Shown here one piece after another: positions 16,769 through 25,468 of a stretch of DNA of 32,000 nt (its first letter is position 1; each line of letters opens with the position of its first letter). The stretch is taken from NCBI GenBank assembly GCA_030167145.1, contig CP126532.1, positions 3,510,001-3,542,000 on the forward strand, written 5' to 3'. Both the position numbers and the translations under genes were made by a program. The notes below the pieces were generated by a model. That model was not told the origin of the DNA. It saw only the letters and a list, made by a program, of their open reading frames with translations, and did not search any database. The DNA is from Ktedonobacterales bacterium. GTDB taxonomy: Bacteria > Chloroflexota > Ktedonobacteria > Ktedonobacterales > JADMIN01.

Positions 16769-16899
16769 TCCGAGGAGGGCGCCCTTTGCGCGGCATAATG
16801 CGGCACACGGCGGTATCTGGCGGGACGTGTGGGAGCCTTCGGGCATCGGGGCGCAGTGGGTGGGGGCGCTCGCGCATTCGCCGTTGCTACCGCATTCTC

Positions 16900-16960
16900 C
16901 CCAACCCGCGTAGGCGGGTTTCGCGGCCAGGGCCGTCCTGGCGCGGTTTCAATCGCCCGC
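16900..16960 (+). repeat. 61/62-nt structured dispersed element, copy B (5' of the terminase gene)
   Basis: Same element as 9389-9450 in the same orientation, ending 58 nt upstream of the terminase ATG. It is bracketed by perfect 14-bp direct repeats GCTCGCGCATTCGC at 16868-16881 and 16959-16972. Confidence 0.75.
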
Positions 16961-17018
16961 TCGCGCATTCGCGTCGCATGGATACGCGGCAATCCCAATC
17001 CAAAAGGAGCCTCACTTT

Positions 17019-18380
17019 ATGGACGACCATCGCAACTTCGCAGATCAGCCATCTGCGCACGACGGAGACGATTCCAGCCACGCCTCGCGCGGTGGAGTGA
17101 ACCTCAACCACGTCCAGTGGGCCTTCGTCCACAGCCGCGCCCGCTTCAGCTTCTACGTCGGCGGCGCGGGCGCGGGCAAGACCTTCGCTGGTGCGCTCCG
17201 CGCCGTCAACTACGCCCGGCAACACCCCGGCTCGCTCGGCCTCGTCGGCGCGCCCACCTATCCCATGCTCCACGACGCCGCCGAACGCGCCATCTTCGAT
17301 CTACTCTCCCCCGCCGAGATCCGCGCGTACAGCAAGACTCAGGGCCATCTTATCCTCACCAATGGCTCCGAAGTCCTCTTCCGCTCGTTGGATGAACCCG
17401 ACCGTGCGCGTGGCCTCAACCTCGCCTGGTTCTGGCTCGACGAAGCCCCCTACTGCGGCTACTACGCCTGGAAGATCCTCAAAGGCCGTCTGCGCCAGCG
17501 TGGCTATCCCACCGCCGCCTGGGCCACCGGCACCCCCAACGGGCGCGACGGCTACTGGCGCGAATTCGAGCGCGACCGTCGCCCCAGCCATGCCCTCTAT
17601 CGCGCCGCCACCTTCGTCAACCAGCGCCACCTCCCCGCCAACTACATTGATGAGCTAGAATACACGGGCGTCTTTGCCGCCCAAGAAATCCTTGGCCAGT
17701 TCGTCTCCCTCGCCGGTCTCGTCTACGCCTTCGATGTCGGCCCCGGCGGCAACATCGCCACGCCTCCCGAAAACAAAATCTGGAGCGACGTCGTCGGCGG
17801 CATAGACTGGGGCTACACCAATCCCGCCGCCGCCCTCGTCTTCGGCCTCGACGGCGACGACCGCGCCTGGCAGCTCGACGAATACTACCAGCGCCGCGCC
17901 AGTCTGCAAGAAGCCCTCATTCCCGCCATCCTCGACCTCACCCGCCGCTATCGCGTGCGCCGCTGGTACTGCGGTCCCGACGAACCAGAACACATCGCCG
18001 CCCTTGCTCAGGCCCTTGCCCACGCCGGACTTCCCTCCCAAGCTTTGCGCGCCAACAATGCTGTGCGCGCTGGCATCCAAACGCTCACCAGTCTGCTCGC
18101 CTGCCGTACCGACGGCACACGCGGCCTCCACGTCGCTCCGCGCTGCGTCAACACCATCACCGAATACGGCAGCTACCAATACACCAGCCTCCAGAGCGAC
18201 CAGCGCGACTCCTCCGAACTCCCCCTCAAGCGCAACGACCACGCCCTCGACGCCACCCGCTATGCCCTCCACACTGCCCTCGGCCAGTCCCGCGCCACCA
18301 CCGCCTACCTCGACACCCTCCAGCGCCGCGTAGATCGCCAGCTAGATCGCCGCATCATAGACACCACCCTCACCGAATAA
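17019..18380 (+). CDS. phage-type terminase large subunit (TerL, PBSX/Terminase_6-like ATPase-nuclease)
   Basis: 453-aa ORF with AAAAGGAG 8 nt upstream. Motifs: Walker A FYVGGAGAGKTFAG; Walker B LAWFWLDEAP; coupling motif ATGTPNG; RNase H-like nuclease acidic motifs GGIDWGYTNP, WYCGPDEPEH and KRNDHALDATRYAL. Confidence 0.85.
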   Translation: MDDHRNFADQPSAHDGDDSSHASRGGVNLNHVQWAFVHSRARFSFYVGGAGAGKTFAGALRAVNYARQHPGSLGLVGAPTYPMLHDAAERAIFDLLSPAEIRAYSKTQGHLILTNGSEVLFRSLDEPDRARGLNLAWFWLDEAPYCGYYAWKILKGRLRQRGYPTAAWATGTPNGRDGYWREFERDRRPSHALYRAATFVNQRHLPANYIDELEYTGVFAAQEILGQFVSLAGLVYAFDVGPGGNIATPPENKIWSDVVGGIDWGYTNPAAALVFGLDGDDRAWQLDEYYQRRASLQEALIPAILDLTRRYRVRRWYCGPDEPEHIAALAQALAHAGLPSQALRANNAVRAGIQTLTSLLACRTDGTRGLHVAPRCVNTITEYGSYQYTSLQSDQRDSSELPLKRNDHALDATRYALHTALGQSRATTAYLDTLQRRVDRQLDRRIIDTTLTE

Positions 18381-18383
18381 CCG

Positions 18384-18985
18384 ATCCCCTACGGCCCTGC
18401 CATCCGCCACATCGGCCATTCCGGCCACTAGTGGGGCAGACATTCCCGTCTGCCAATATCGCAAAATCGGCAACTCCGGCCACTGCCCAAGGAGGAGCAC
18501 ACCTATGTCATCGCGCCTTCCGGCCACATCGGTCACTGCTCCTGTTCCGGCCAACAGCCAACGCCCAGCGTCTCCACGGCCACATCGGCCATTGGCATCT
18601 GCGGCGAAAACGGCGAAAAAATTCTCAGCCCCATCCATCCGTTCGTCCCACGCGGCTTTGTCGCGCCGAGATCACCCGTGGCATGCGTACCGAGCGTTAC
18701 CCTTATCACCCTGCTCGCCTCTCCGCGCACATCAAAAAAATCGGCAGAATCGGCAACTGCCACACATTCACAATCGGCCACTCTGGCCACTGCTACCAAC
18801 ACGAAATCGCGGCGAAAACGGCGAAAAAACTCCCCTCAAGTCCAGCCACCTCCCGACATTTGCCCCCACACCGCCGCAAAAATCGGCAGAATCGGCAACT
18901 GCCACACATTCACAATCGGCCAAATCGGCCACTACCCTTCAGCCGAGAGTGCGCACACTTCCAGCCAAAAATCAGCGAAACAGCA
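18384..18985 (+). repeat. A+C-skewed non-coding modular repeat array (ATCGGCMA octamers, CGGCCAC heptamers, exact 45-mer and 21-mer duplications)
   Basis: ATCGG(C/T)(C/A)(A/G) starts at 18411, 18466, 18528, 18584, 18740, 18749, 18773, 18882, 18891, 18915 and 18924. CGGCCAC starts at 18422, 18477, 18521, 18577, 18775 and 18926. An exact 45-mer at 18736-18780 recurs at 18878-18922 (offset 142). The exact 21-mer GCGGCGAAAACGGCGAAAAAA at 18601-18621 recurs at 18809-18829 (offset 208). A hairpin GGCAGAC/GTCTGCC lies at 18435-18454. A spot count of 18721-18780 gives 70% A+C on the + strand. Confidence 0.8.
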
Positions 18986-18987
18986 CA

Positions 18988-19016
18988 TTGCGCCCCGCTC
19001 GCCATCCTGCTACAAT
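18988..19016 (+). promoter_or_regulatory. candidate sigma-70-type promoter with extended -10 (TTGCGC-N17-TGC-TACAAT) for the phosphatase gene
   Basis: TTGCGC at 18988-18993, a 17-nt spacer ending in TGC, and TACAAT at 19011-19016, about 85 nt upstream of ATG 19102. The same TGn-TAnAnT architecture recurs at 27198 and 31500. Confidence 0.5.
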
Positions 19017-19101
19017 ACTCCCCACTTCCGAACAGGCAAGCCGAATCCGTTCGCTGGCCTGCCACCGCAGCACACAGAAAGCACACAGAAAGAGGCATCA
19101 C

Positions 19102-19821
19102 ATGGGCATCTTCCGATCATCGCCGCGCGTCCCAGCCGGTCGCCGTCTTGGGCGCGACCTCGCCCACCACGAACACGCCGGCTGGCGCAAACTCGTCCTC
19201 GTGCGCCACGGCCAGACCGACTTCAACGTCAAACATCTCCTGCCAGGCCAGCTCCCCGGTATCCCCCTCAACGACGAAGGCCAGCGCGAAGCGCAAGCCA
19301 CCGCCGCCGCCCTGCGCGACCTGCCCATCACCTCCATCATCGCCTCGCCCCTTGAACGCACCATGCAAACCGCAGGTTACATCAACGCCAGCCGTGGGCT
19401 AGAGATCCGCCAGGACCGCGACCTGCTCGACACCGACTACGGCAAGTTCAGCGGCCAATCCTACGAAGCCCTGGATAAAAGCGACCCTGCCTGGCAGCGC
19501 TTCACCACCGATCCCCTCCATGCCCCCAAAGGCGTCGAGAGCTTCGCCGCAGTCCAGCAGCGCGCCGTCCGTGCCGCCGAACGCTGGCGCCATGCCCCAG
19601 ATGCCGGTGAATGGGTTGCCCTCGTCACCCACGCCGACCTCGTCAAGATGATCGTCGCCCACTACGTCGGCATCCCCCTGGCAAACGTCCCCCTCATCAG
19701 CATGGACAACGCCTCCGCCTCCCTGCTGGTCTTCCACCCCGCCGCCAAACAACCGCCCACCCTGCTCTGCTTCAACTGGACCTCGCCCGCCCTCTGGCTC
19801 GCCGCCGCCAAACACGCCTGA
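19102..19821 (+). CDS. histidine phosphatase family protein (phosphoglycerate mutase-like)
   Basis: Start set at ATG 19102 (AGAAAGAGG upstream), 239 aa. It has the catalytic LVLVRHGQTDFN (RHG motif), SPLERTMQTA, and the second catalytic His in LVTHADLV. The 199 upstream in-frame codons of the track ORF cover the repeat array and look non-coding. Confidence 0.85.
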   Translation: MGIFRSSPRVPAGRRLGRDLAHHEHAGWRKLVLVRHGQTDFNVKHLLPGQLPGIPLNDEGQREAQATAAALRDLPITSIIASPLERTMQTAGYINASRGLEIRQDRDLLDTDYGKFSGQSYEALDKSDPAWQRFTTDPLHAPKGVESFAAVQQRAVRAAERWRHAPDAGEWVALVTHADLVKMIVAHYVGIPLANVPLISMDNASASLLVFHPAAKQPPTLLCFNWTSPALWLAAAKHA

Positions 19822-19830
19822 GGCAGGCGC

Positions 19831-20595
19831 TTACGTAATCGGATATGTCACCAGATGGTACAGCCCAAACAACAGCAACAGCAGCGCAAAAGCCAGCACC
19901 ACTGCCCGCAGCGCATGCCATTCAAAGCGCTCGGCGATGGCCACCAGCAGCAGCACCACCGCCAGAAACACCGTATTCAGCACGTAATCATCGCTGTGCT
20001 GGTTGGCGTCCTGCCCCTGCGCGAAGGTCCGTGTTGCCGCCGCCTCCAGTTGCGCGCCTTGCTGCTCCAGGCTGATCTTATACTGCGGCATAAACGTCGG
20101 TCCTGGCGGCGCATTCGACGACGTGAACGGATTCGTCGCCAGCCAAGCGTTGAACGCGGGCAGATACTCCGCTCGGAACCGCCGCTGATAGATATCCGCC
20201 AGCTTTGTCTCACCCCGCGAATACGCATTCAGCCACTCGTCGAACAAGTTCACATCATAGATCCGCAACTGCCCACCCAGCGTTGTCGCGCGGCTCGCCT
20301 GCGCCCGCAGCGTGCTCGCCTGCGCATACAGCGTGGACTGTGTCCCATTCCAGCGCGCCGCCTGATAACTGCTCCATGCCGTCGCCACCGCCACCACGCC
20401 CAGCAGAACCGCCGTCGCCACCTGAAACCAGCGCTCGATGCGCTCATGCCGACTCAGCCTTGGTTTCTGCTCTGGAACCGCCCCATGCGCCTGTTGCCCG
20501 CTGGCGACCTGTGCGTCAGCCTGTTGTCCATGCGCCGCCGGGAGGCGTGCGTCAGCCGCCGCATCGCCTTGTTCTTCCTTTTTGCTCGCGCTCAT
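19831..20595 (-). CDS. hypothetical membrane protein (N- and C-terminal TM helices flanking a helical domain)
   Basis: Trimmed to ATG 20595 (MSASKKEEQGD...), 254 aa. TM helices WFQVATAVLLGVVAVATAW and VFLAVVLLLVAIA...AVVLAFALLLLLFGLY. No confident family. Confidence 0.6.
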   Translation of the reverse strand: MSASKKEEQGDAAADARLPAAHGQQADAQVASGQQAHGAVPEQKPRLSRHERIERWFQVATAVLLGVVAVATAWSSYQAARWNGTQSTLYAQASTLRAQASRATTLGGQLRIYDVNLFDEWLNAYSRGETKLADIYQRRFRAEYLPAFNAWLATNPFTSSNAPPGPTFMPQYKISLEQQGAQLEAAATRTFAQGQDANQHSDDYVLNTVFLAVVLLLVAIAERFEWHALRAVVLAFALLLLLFGLYHLVTYPIT

Positions 20596-20801
20596 GGCCA
20601 GTTCGTCGCCTCCAGCGTCAGCGCCGCGAATTACGCATTCCTGCTGAGAGCACCCTACCACCATCACCGCAAGATGCTTTCCACAGTCGCCGGACCAAGA
20701 GACAATCGGCAGACAAAACAACACAGCTATTGCGCGCAACAGACAAGGATGTTAGCCTGCGTATATGAACGGTTGCTCCAATCAAGAGGGGAAGGCTCAT
20801 C

Positions 20802-21728
20802 ATGATCTGTCGCAAATTCTCGCGCACGAAAGTCCTTATCGCGCCGCTTGCCGCCCTTGTGCTTGCGCTCGCGGGCTGTGGTACCACCACCGTCACAATC
20901 ATCCAGGGCGGCAGCACGCCCGCCGCCACCGCGACACCTGCCGCCACGGCGACACCGCAATCGCCCTGTGTCGCCCTCATCCCTGGCGCAGCTCCTTTCT
21001 CCGGCCTCGGCTCCGTGCCAGGCATGCAGATGCCCACTGGAACCTACATCAGCGCGGCAACCACCAGCGGCGGGAACGCGGGCCAATACGGCATCAAGAC
21101 CTATCAACTCTGCTTCCAGGGCAGTGAATCGGCGATTGATGGCAATAGCTCCACCATCAGCGGCCTCGCCCAATCCGGCTGGAAGCGCAACAACCTCTTC
21201 CCCGATCCCAGCAACGCCTCATACCTGGACTATTGCAGCAACGCGCACCAGTGCCTGAATACCAGCGGATCATCCAAGCCGTTCAGCTTCGTCGGCTTCG
21301 ATCAGTTCGCCAGCCATAGCGGCGGCTACACCACCTTCAGCTTACAGGTTGCCACAATTGCCGCGCCCTCCTGCTTGAACGACCCGCAATACTACTCCGG
21401 CACACCCAAATATACCCTCTATGAGGATGGCAGTAGCGCCGCCAGCAGCAACCCCACCTACCACTTCCAGATGCCGCCCGGCACGCGCGTCAGCACCTTC
21501 CAGGGCGGCGGCACTGCTGGCTCAACCTACGCCTACTTCTGTAGCGCAGGCACCCAGGCCACCGTCGTCGCATTCCTCAAGCAGGCGATGCAGAACGACG
21601 GCTACACCATCTCGAACGCATCGGCTAGCGGCTTCGATGCGGCGACCGGCTCGAACCCGACCTACTCCATCACGGTCAGTGTGGCCAACCCAAACAACTA
21701 CTACCTGCGCATCTTCGTCCCGATGTGA
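20802..21728 (+). CDS. secreted lipoprotein of unknown function
   Basis: 308-aa ORF with AGAGGGGAAGG upstream. Signal peptide with lipobox (VLIAPLAALVLALAGC), then a T/A/P-rich linker and a Cys-containing globular domain. Confidence 0.75.
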   Translation: MICRKFSRTKVLIAPLAALVLALAGCGTTTVTIIQGGSTPAATATPAATATPQSPCVALIPGAAPFSGLGSVPGMQMPTGTYISAATTSGGNAGQYGIKTYQLCFQGSESAIDGNSSTISGLAQSGWKRNNLFPDPSNASYLDYCSNAHQCLNTSGSSKPFSFVGFDQFASHSGGYTTFSLQVATIAAPSCLNDPQYYSGTPKYTLYEDGSSAASSNPTYHFQMPPGTRVSTFQGGGTAGSTYAYFCSAGTQATVVAFLKQAMQNDGYTISNASASGFDAATGSNPTYSITVSVANPNNYYLRIFVPM

Positions 21729-21866
21729 TCGTGCCCTAGCGCCAGCGAGCACACATCCGGCTTGCGTCCCCGTGTCGTAACGATACCGTAACGGCGTGGG
21801 GACGCTGCTCTGGTAACATAAGCCTGAAGATAACATAGCCTGAAGACGGATGGCTGTGTTTATGAC

Positions 21867-23147
21867 ATGACCTGTCATATCCTGGCAAGGCATGCTAGCC
21901 GCGACGGTTCGCAGTGCTGGGACGATCACTGGAGGGTATTGATGAGGGCTTCGATAGCTCGCACGTTAGCCTGGGGGCTGTGGTCAGTTGATGTGGCGCT
22001 CGTCATAACTGCTGGCGTCTTCTTTTCACTTCTTCCAATCACACCCCAAGACCACTTCGGCGCGTTGACCATGATTACCGCCTTTTCGGCCTTTCCGCTC
22101 ATCGGCGCGATCATCGTCTCACGCCGCTGGCAGAACGCCGTAGGCTGGATTTTCTGCGTGCTTGGCGTCGGCTCAGCAATCACCTCGGTGAGCGCCGCCT
22201 CGGTCCAATATTTGCTCATCAACGGCGCTGATAACGCCCTGGGCACACGCCTGCTCGATACGCTTGGCAATACCGTCTGGCCCATCAACGTCGGCCTTGG
22301 CATCCTCTTATTGCTGCTCTTTCCGAATGGCAAGCCTTCTTCCGCGCGCTGGCGGCTTGTCGTCTGGCTCGATGTCGCCGGCATCGTGAGCATGTCCCTC
22401 AGTTCCACCCTCATGCCCGGACCGCAGGAAAGCGGTGGTCGCGCCATCAATCCGCTCGGCATCCCTGGGGCCAAACCGCTGCTCGATGTAGTCCAGCTTG
22501 TTGCTACTGGTCTGGTGACGCTGCTCGTGCTGGCTGCGGTCCTCTCGCTGATCGTGCGCTATCGCCAGACCACACGTGAGCAGCGCCAGCAGATCAAGTG
22601 GTTCGTCTTCGGCGCAATCTTGATGGTGGGCCTCGTTGCCGTGAGTGCAGTGCTCATCCCTGAATCCAGCTATCTGAGCAATATTACCTTTGGGCTTGGC
22701 GTCCTGATGCTCCCACTGGGCGCCGGCATCGGCGTGCTCAAATATCGCCTCTATGATATTGATGTCATCATCAACCGCGCGCTGGTCTACGGCTCGCTCA
22801 CGCTCATCCTCGCCCTAGTCTACATCGGCGGCGTCATCGGCATGCAACGCGCCATAGATACCGTCACCCACCAGCAGTCTTCGCCCGTGGCCATCGTCAT
22901 CACCACGCTGGTCATCGCCGCCCTCTTCCAGCCCTTGCGCCGCCGCATCCAGACCTTCATTGACCGCCGCTTCTATCGCGGCAAGTATGACGCCGCCAAA
23001 ACCGTCGCCCAGTTCAGCGCGGTGGTGCGCAGCGAAGTCAGCCTCAGCGAGCTGAGCGAGCATCTGGTCGCGGTGGTGGAAGAAACGATGCAACCCGCCC
23101 ATGTCTCGCTCTGGCTCAAACCAACCGAAACCCGCCACGACGCCTAA
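21867..23147 (+). CDS. polytopic membrane protein resembling the N-terminal sensor module of histidine kinases, without a kinase domain
   Basis: 426-aa ORF (the start could be ATG 21942, MRASIARTLAWGLW). About 9-10 TM helices are followed by FIDRRFYRGKYDAAKTVAQFSAVVRSEVSLSELSEHLVAVVEETMQPAHVSLWL. From memory I associate that segment with the region preceding HisKA in some high-G+C sensor kinases. No H-box or ATPase domain follows. Confidence 0.65.
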   Translation: MTCHILARHASRDGSQCWDDHWRVLMRASIARTLAWGLWSVDVALVITAGVFFSLLPITPQDHFGALTMITAFSAFPLIGAIIVSRRWQNAVGWIFCVLGVGSAITSVSAASVQYLLINGADNALGTRLLDTLGNTVWPINVGLGILLLLLFPNGKPSSARWRLVVWLDVAGIVSMSLSSTLMPGPQESGGRAINPLGIPGAKPLLDVVQLVATGLVTLLVLAAVLSLIVRYRQTTREQRQQIKWFVFGAILMVGLVAVSAVLIPESSYLSNITFGLGVLMLPLGAGIGVLKYRLYDIDVIINRALVYGSLTLILALVYIGGVIGMQRAIDTVTHQQSSPVAIVITTLVIAALFQPLRRRIQTFIDRRFYRGKYDAAKTVAQFSAVVRSEVSLSELSEHLVAVVEETMQPAHVSLWLKPTETRHDA

Positions 23148-23176
23148 TAGTGCCGCGCCCCACGAGCGTGCGTCTA

Positions 23177-23206
23177 TTGACGCCTGGCGCGCCGCGCGTG
23201 TACGAT
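23177..23206 (+). promoter_or_regulatory. candidate promoter (TTGACG-N18-TACGAT) for the mce/carboxyltransferase operon
   Basis: TTGACG at 23177-23182 and TACGAT at 23201-23206, 50 nt upstream of ATG 23256. Pattern match only. Confidence 0.4.
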
Positions 23207-23255
23207 GACGCCCGGACTCACATGCTTTCATCCCTAACCTAATGAGGCTTGCCAC

Positions 23256-23714
23256 ATGCTGACCGATGGCGTTCAGCGCATAGACCACGTCGCGATTGTC
23301 GTCCGCAATCTCGAAGCGTCCCTGCGCTTCTACCGCGACACCCTAGGTATCGCCCCCTCGCGTGTGCTCGATTTTCCCCAAGAGGGCGTGCGTATCGCCT
23401 TCCTGCCGATGGGCGGGCCGGGCGGCAGCGAGATCGAACTGCTGGAGCCGCTGAACCCCGAAACCGGCGTCGCGCGCTTCCTGGAAAAGCGCGGCGAAGG
23501 GCTGCACCATATCTGCCTCCAGGTCGCCGATATTGACCGCGCCCTACGCGAGCTACAGGCCGAGGGCACACCCGTCTTGGATGCCGTTCCGCGCCCGACG
23601 GCTGAGGGGCGCGGCATATTCGTTCACCCTAAGGGCACCAGCGGCGTGCTGCTGGAACTGGTGCAGCGCGCGGACGCCGAATCCGACATAGACGACACAA
23701 CCACCACACCATAA
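23256..23714 (+). CDS. mce: methylmalonyl-CoA epimerase (VOC/glyoxalase-fold)
   Basis: 152-aa ORF with IDHVAIVVRNLEASLRFYRDTLG ... EIELLEPL ... FLEKRGEGLHHICLQV, typical of methylmalonyl-CoA epimerases. Sits directly upstream of the carboxyltransferase gene. Confidence 0.85.
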   Translation: MLTDGVQRIDHVAIVVRNLEASLRFYRDTLGIAPSRVLDFPQEGVRIAFLPMGGPGGSEIELLEPLNPETGVARFLEKRGEGLHHICLQVADIDRALRELQAEGTPVLDAVPRPTAEGRGIFVHPKGTSGVLLELVQRADAESDIDDTTTTP

Positions 23715-23726
23715 CGCGGAGCAGAA

Positions 23727-25276
<1,550 letters not shown>

Positions 25277-25280
<4 letters not shown>

Positions 25281-25450
25281 AACCACCGCATTCCGCCACA
25301 TCGAAGAAACAGAACAAGCCCAGAGTGACACGCACTGCGGCAGAGCAACTCCTGCGAACCCGCGAGCGCATCATGCGCGGACGCACCTTCGCGGACGATT
25401 CCACGGATTTGCTTCGCGCGGCGCGTGATGAACGGATGGAACATCTGTAA
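25277..25450 (+). CDS. 57-aa basic small ORF translationally coupled (ATGA overlap) to the carboxyltransferase gene
   Basis: Not in the track because it is under 60 aa. ATG 25277 overlaps the TGA 25278-25280 of the upstream gene. Translation: [57 protein letters not shown]. Function unknown. Its position is analogous to the small epsilon subunits of actinobacterial acyl-CoA carboxylases. Confidence 0.4.
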
Positions 25451-25468
25451 CGAAAGATCGCCTGATAT

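Noticed and set aside
16540-16998. 152-aa minus-strand ORF encoding LFGTAQRGCAPLA x4 (plus two sibling ORFs in the other minus frames)
   Set aside because: All three frames are open across the repeat, and there is no RBS. A distant copy shows compensatory stem substitutions, which points to a nucleic-acid hairpin rather than a peptide.
18703-18711. DnaA-box-like TTATCACCC inside the repeat array (possible origin)
   Set aside because: It is a single imperfect match to TTATCCACA. There is no cluster of boxes, no AT-rich unwinding element, and no dnaA/dnaN nearby.
18431-19402. Long + strand ORFs (323, 438 and 225 aa) spanning the region between the terminase and phosphatase genes
   Set aside because: They are open in all three frames only because T and G are depleted. 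Duplicated DNA segments are offset by 142 and 208 nt (not multiples of 3). The translations are low-complexity (R/P/H/S/T). Only the 19102-19821 part is protein-like.
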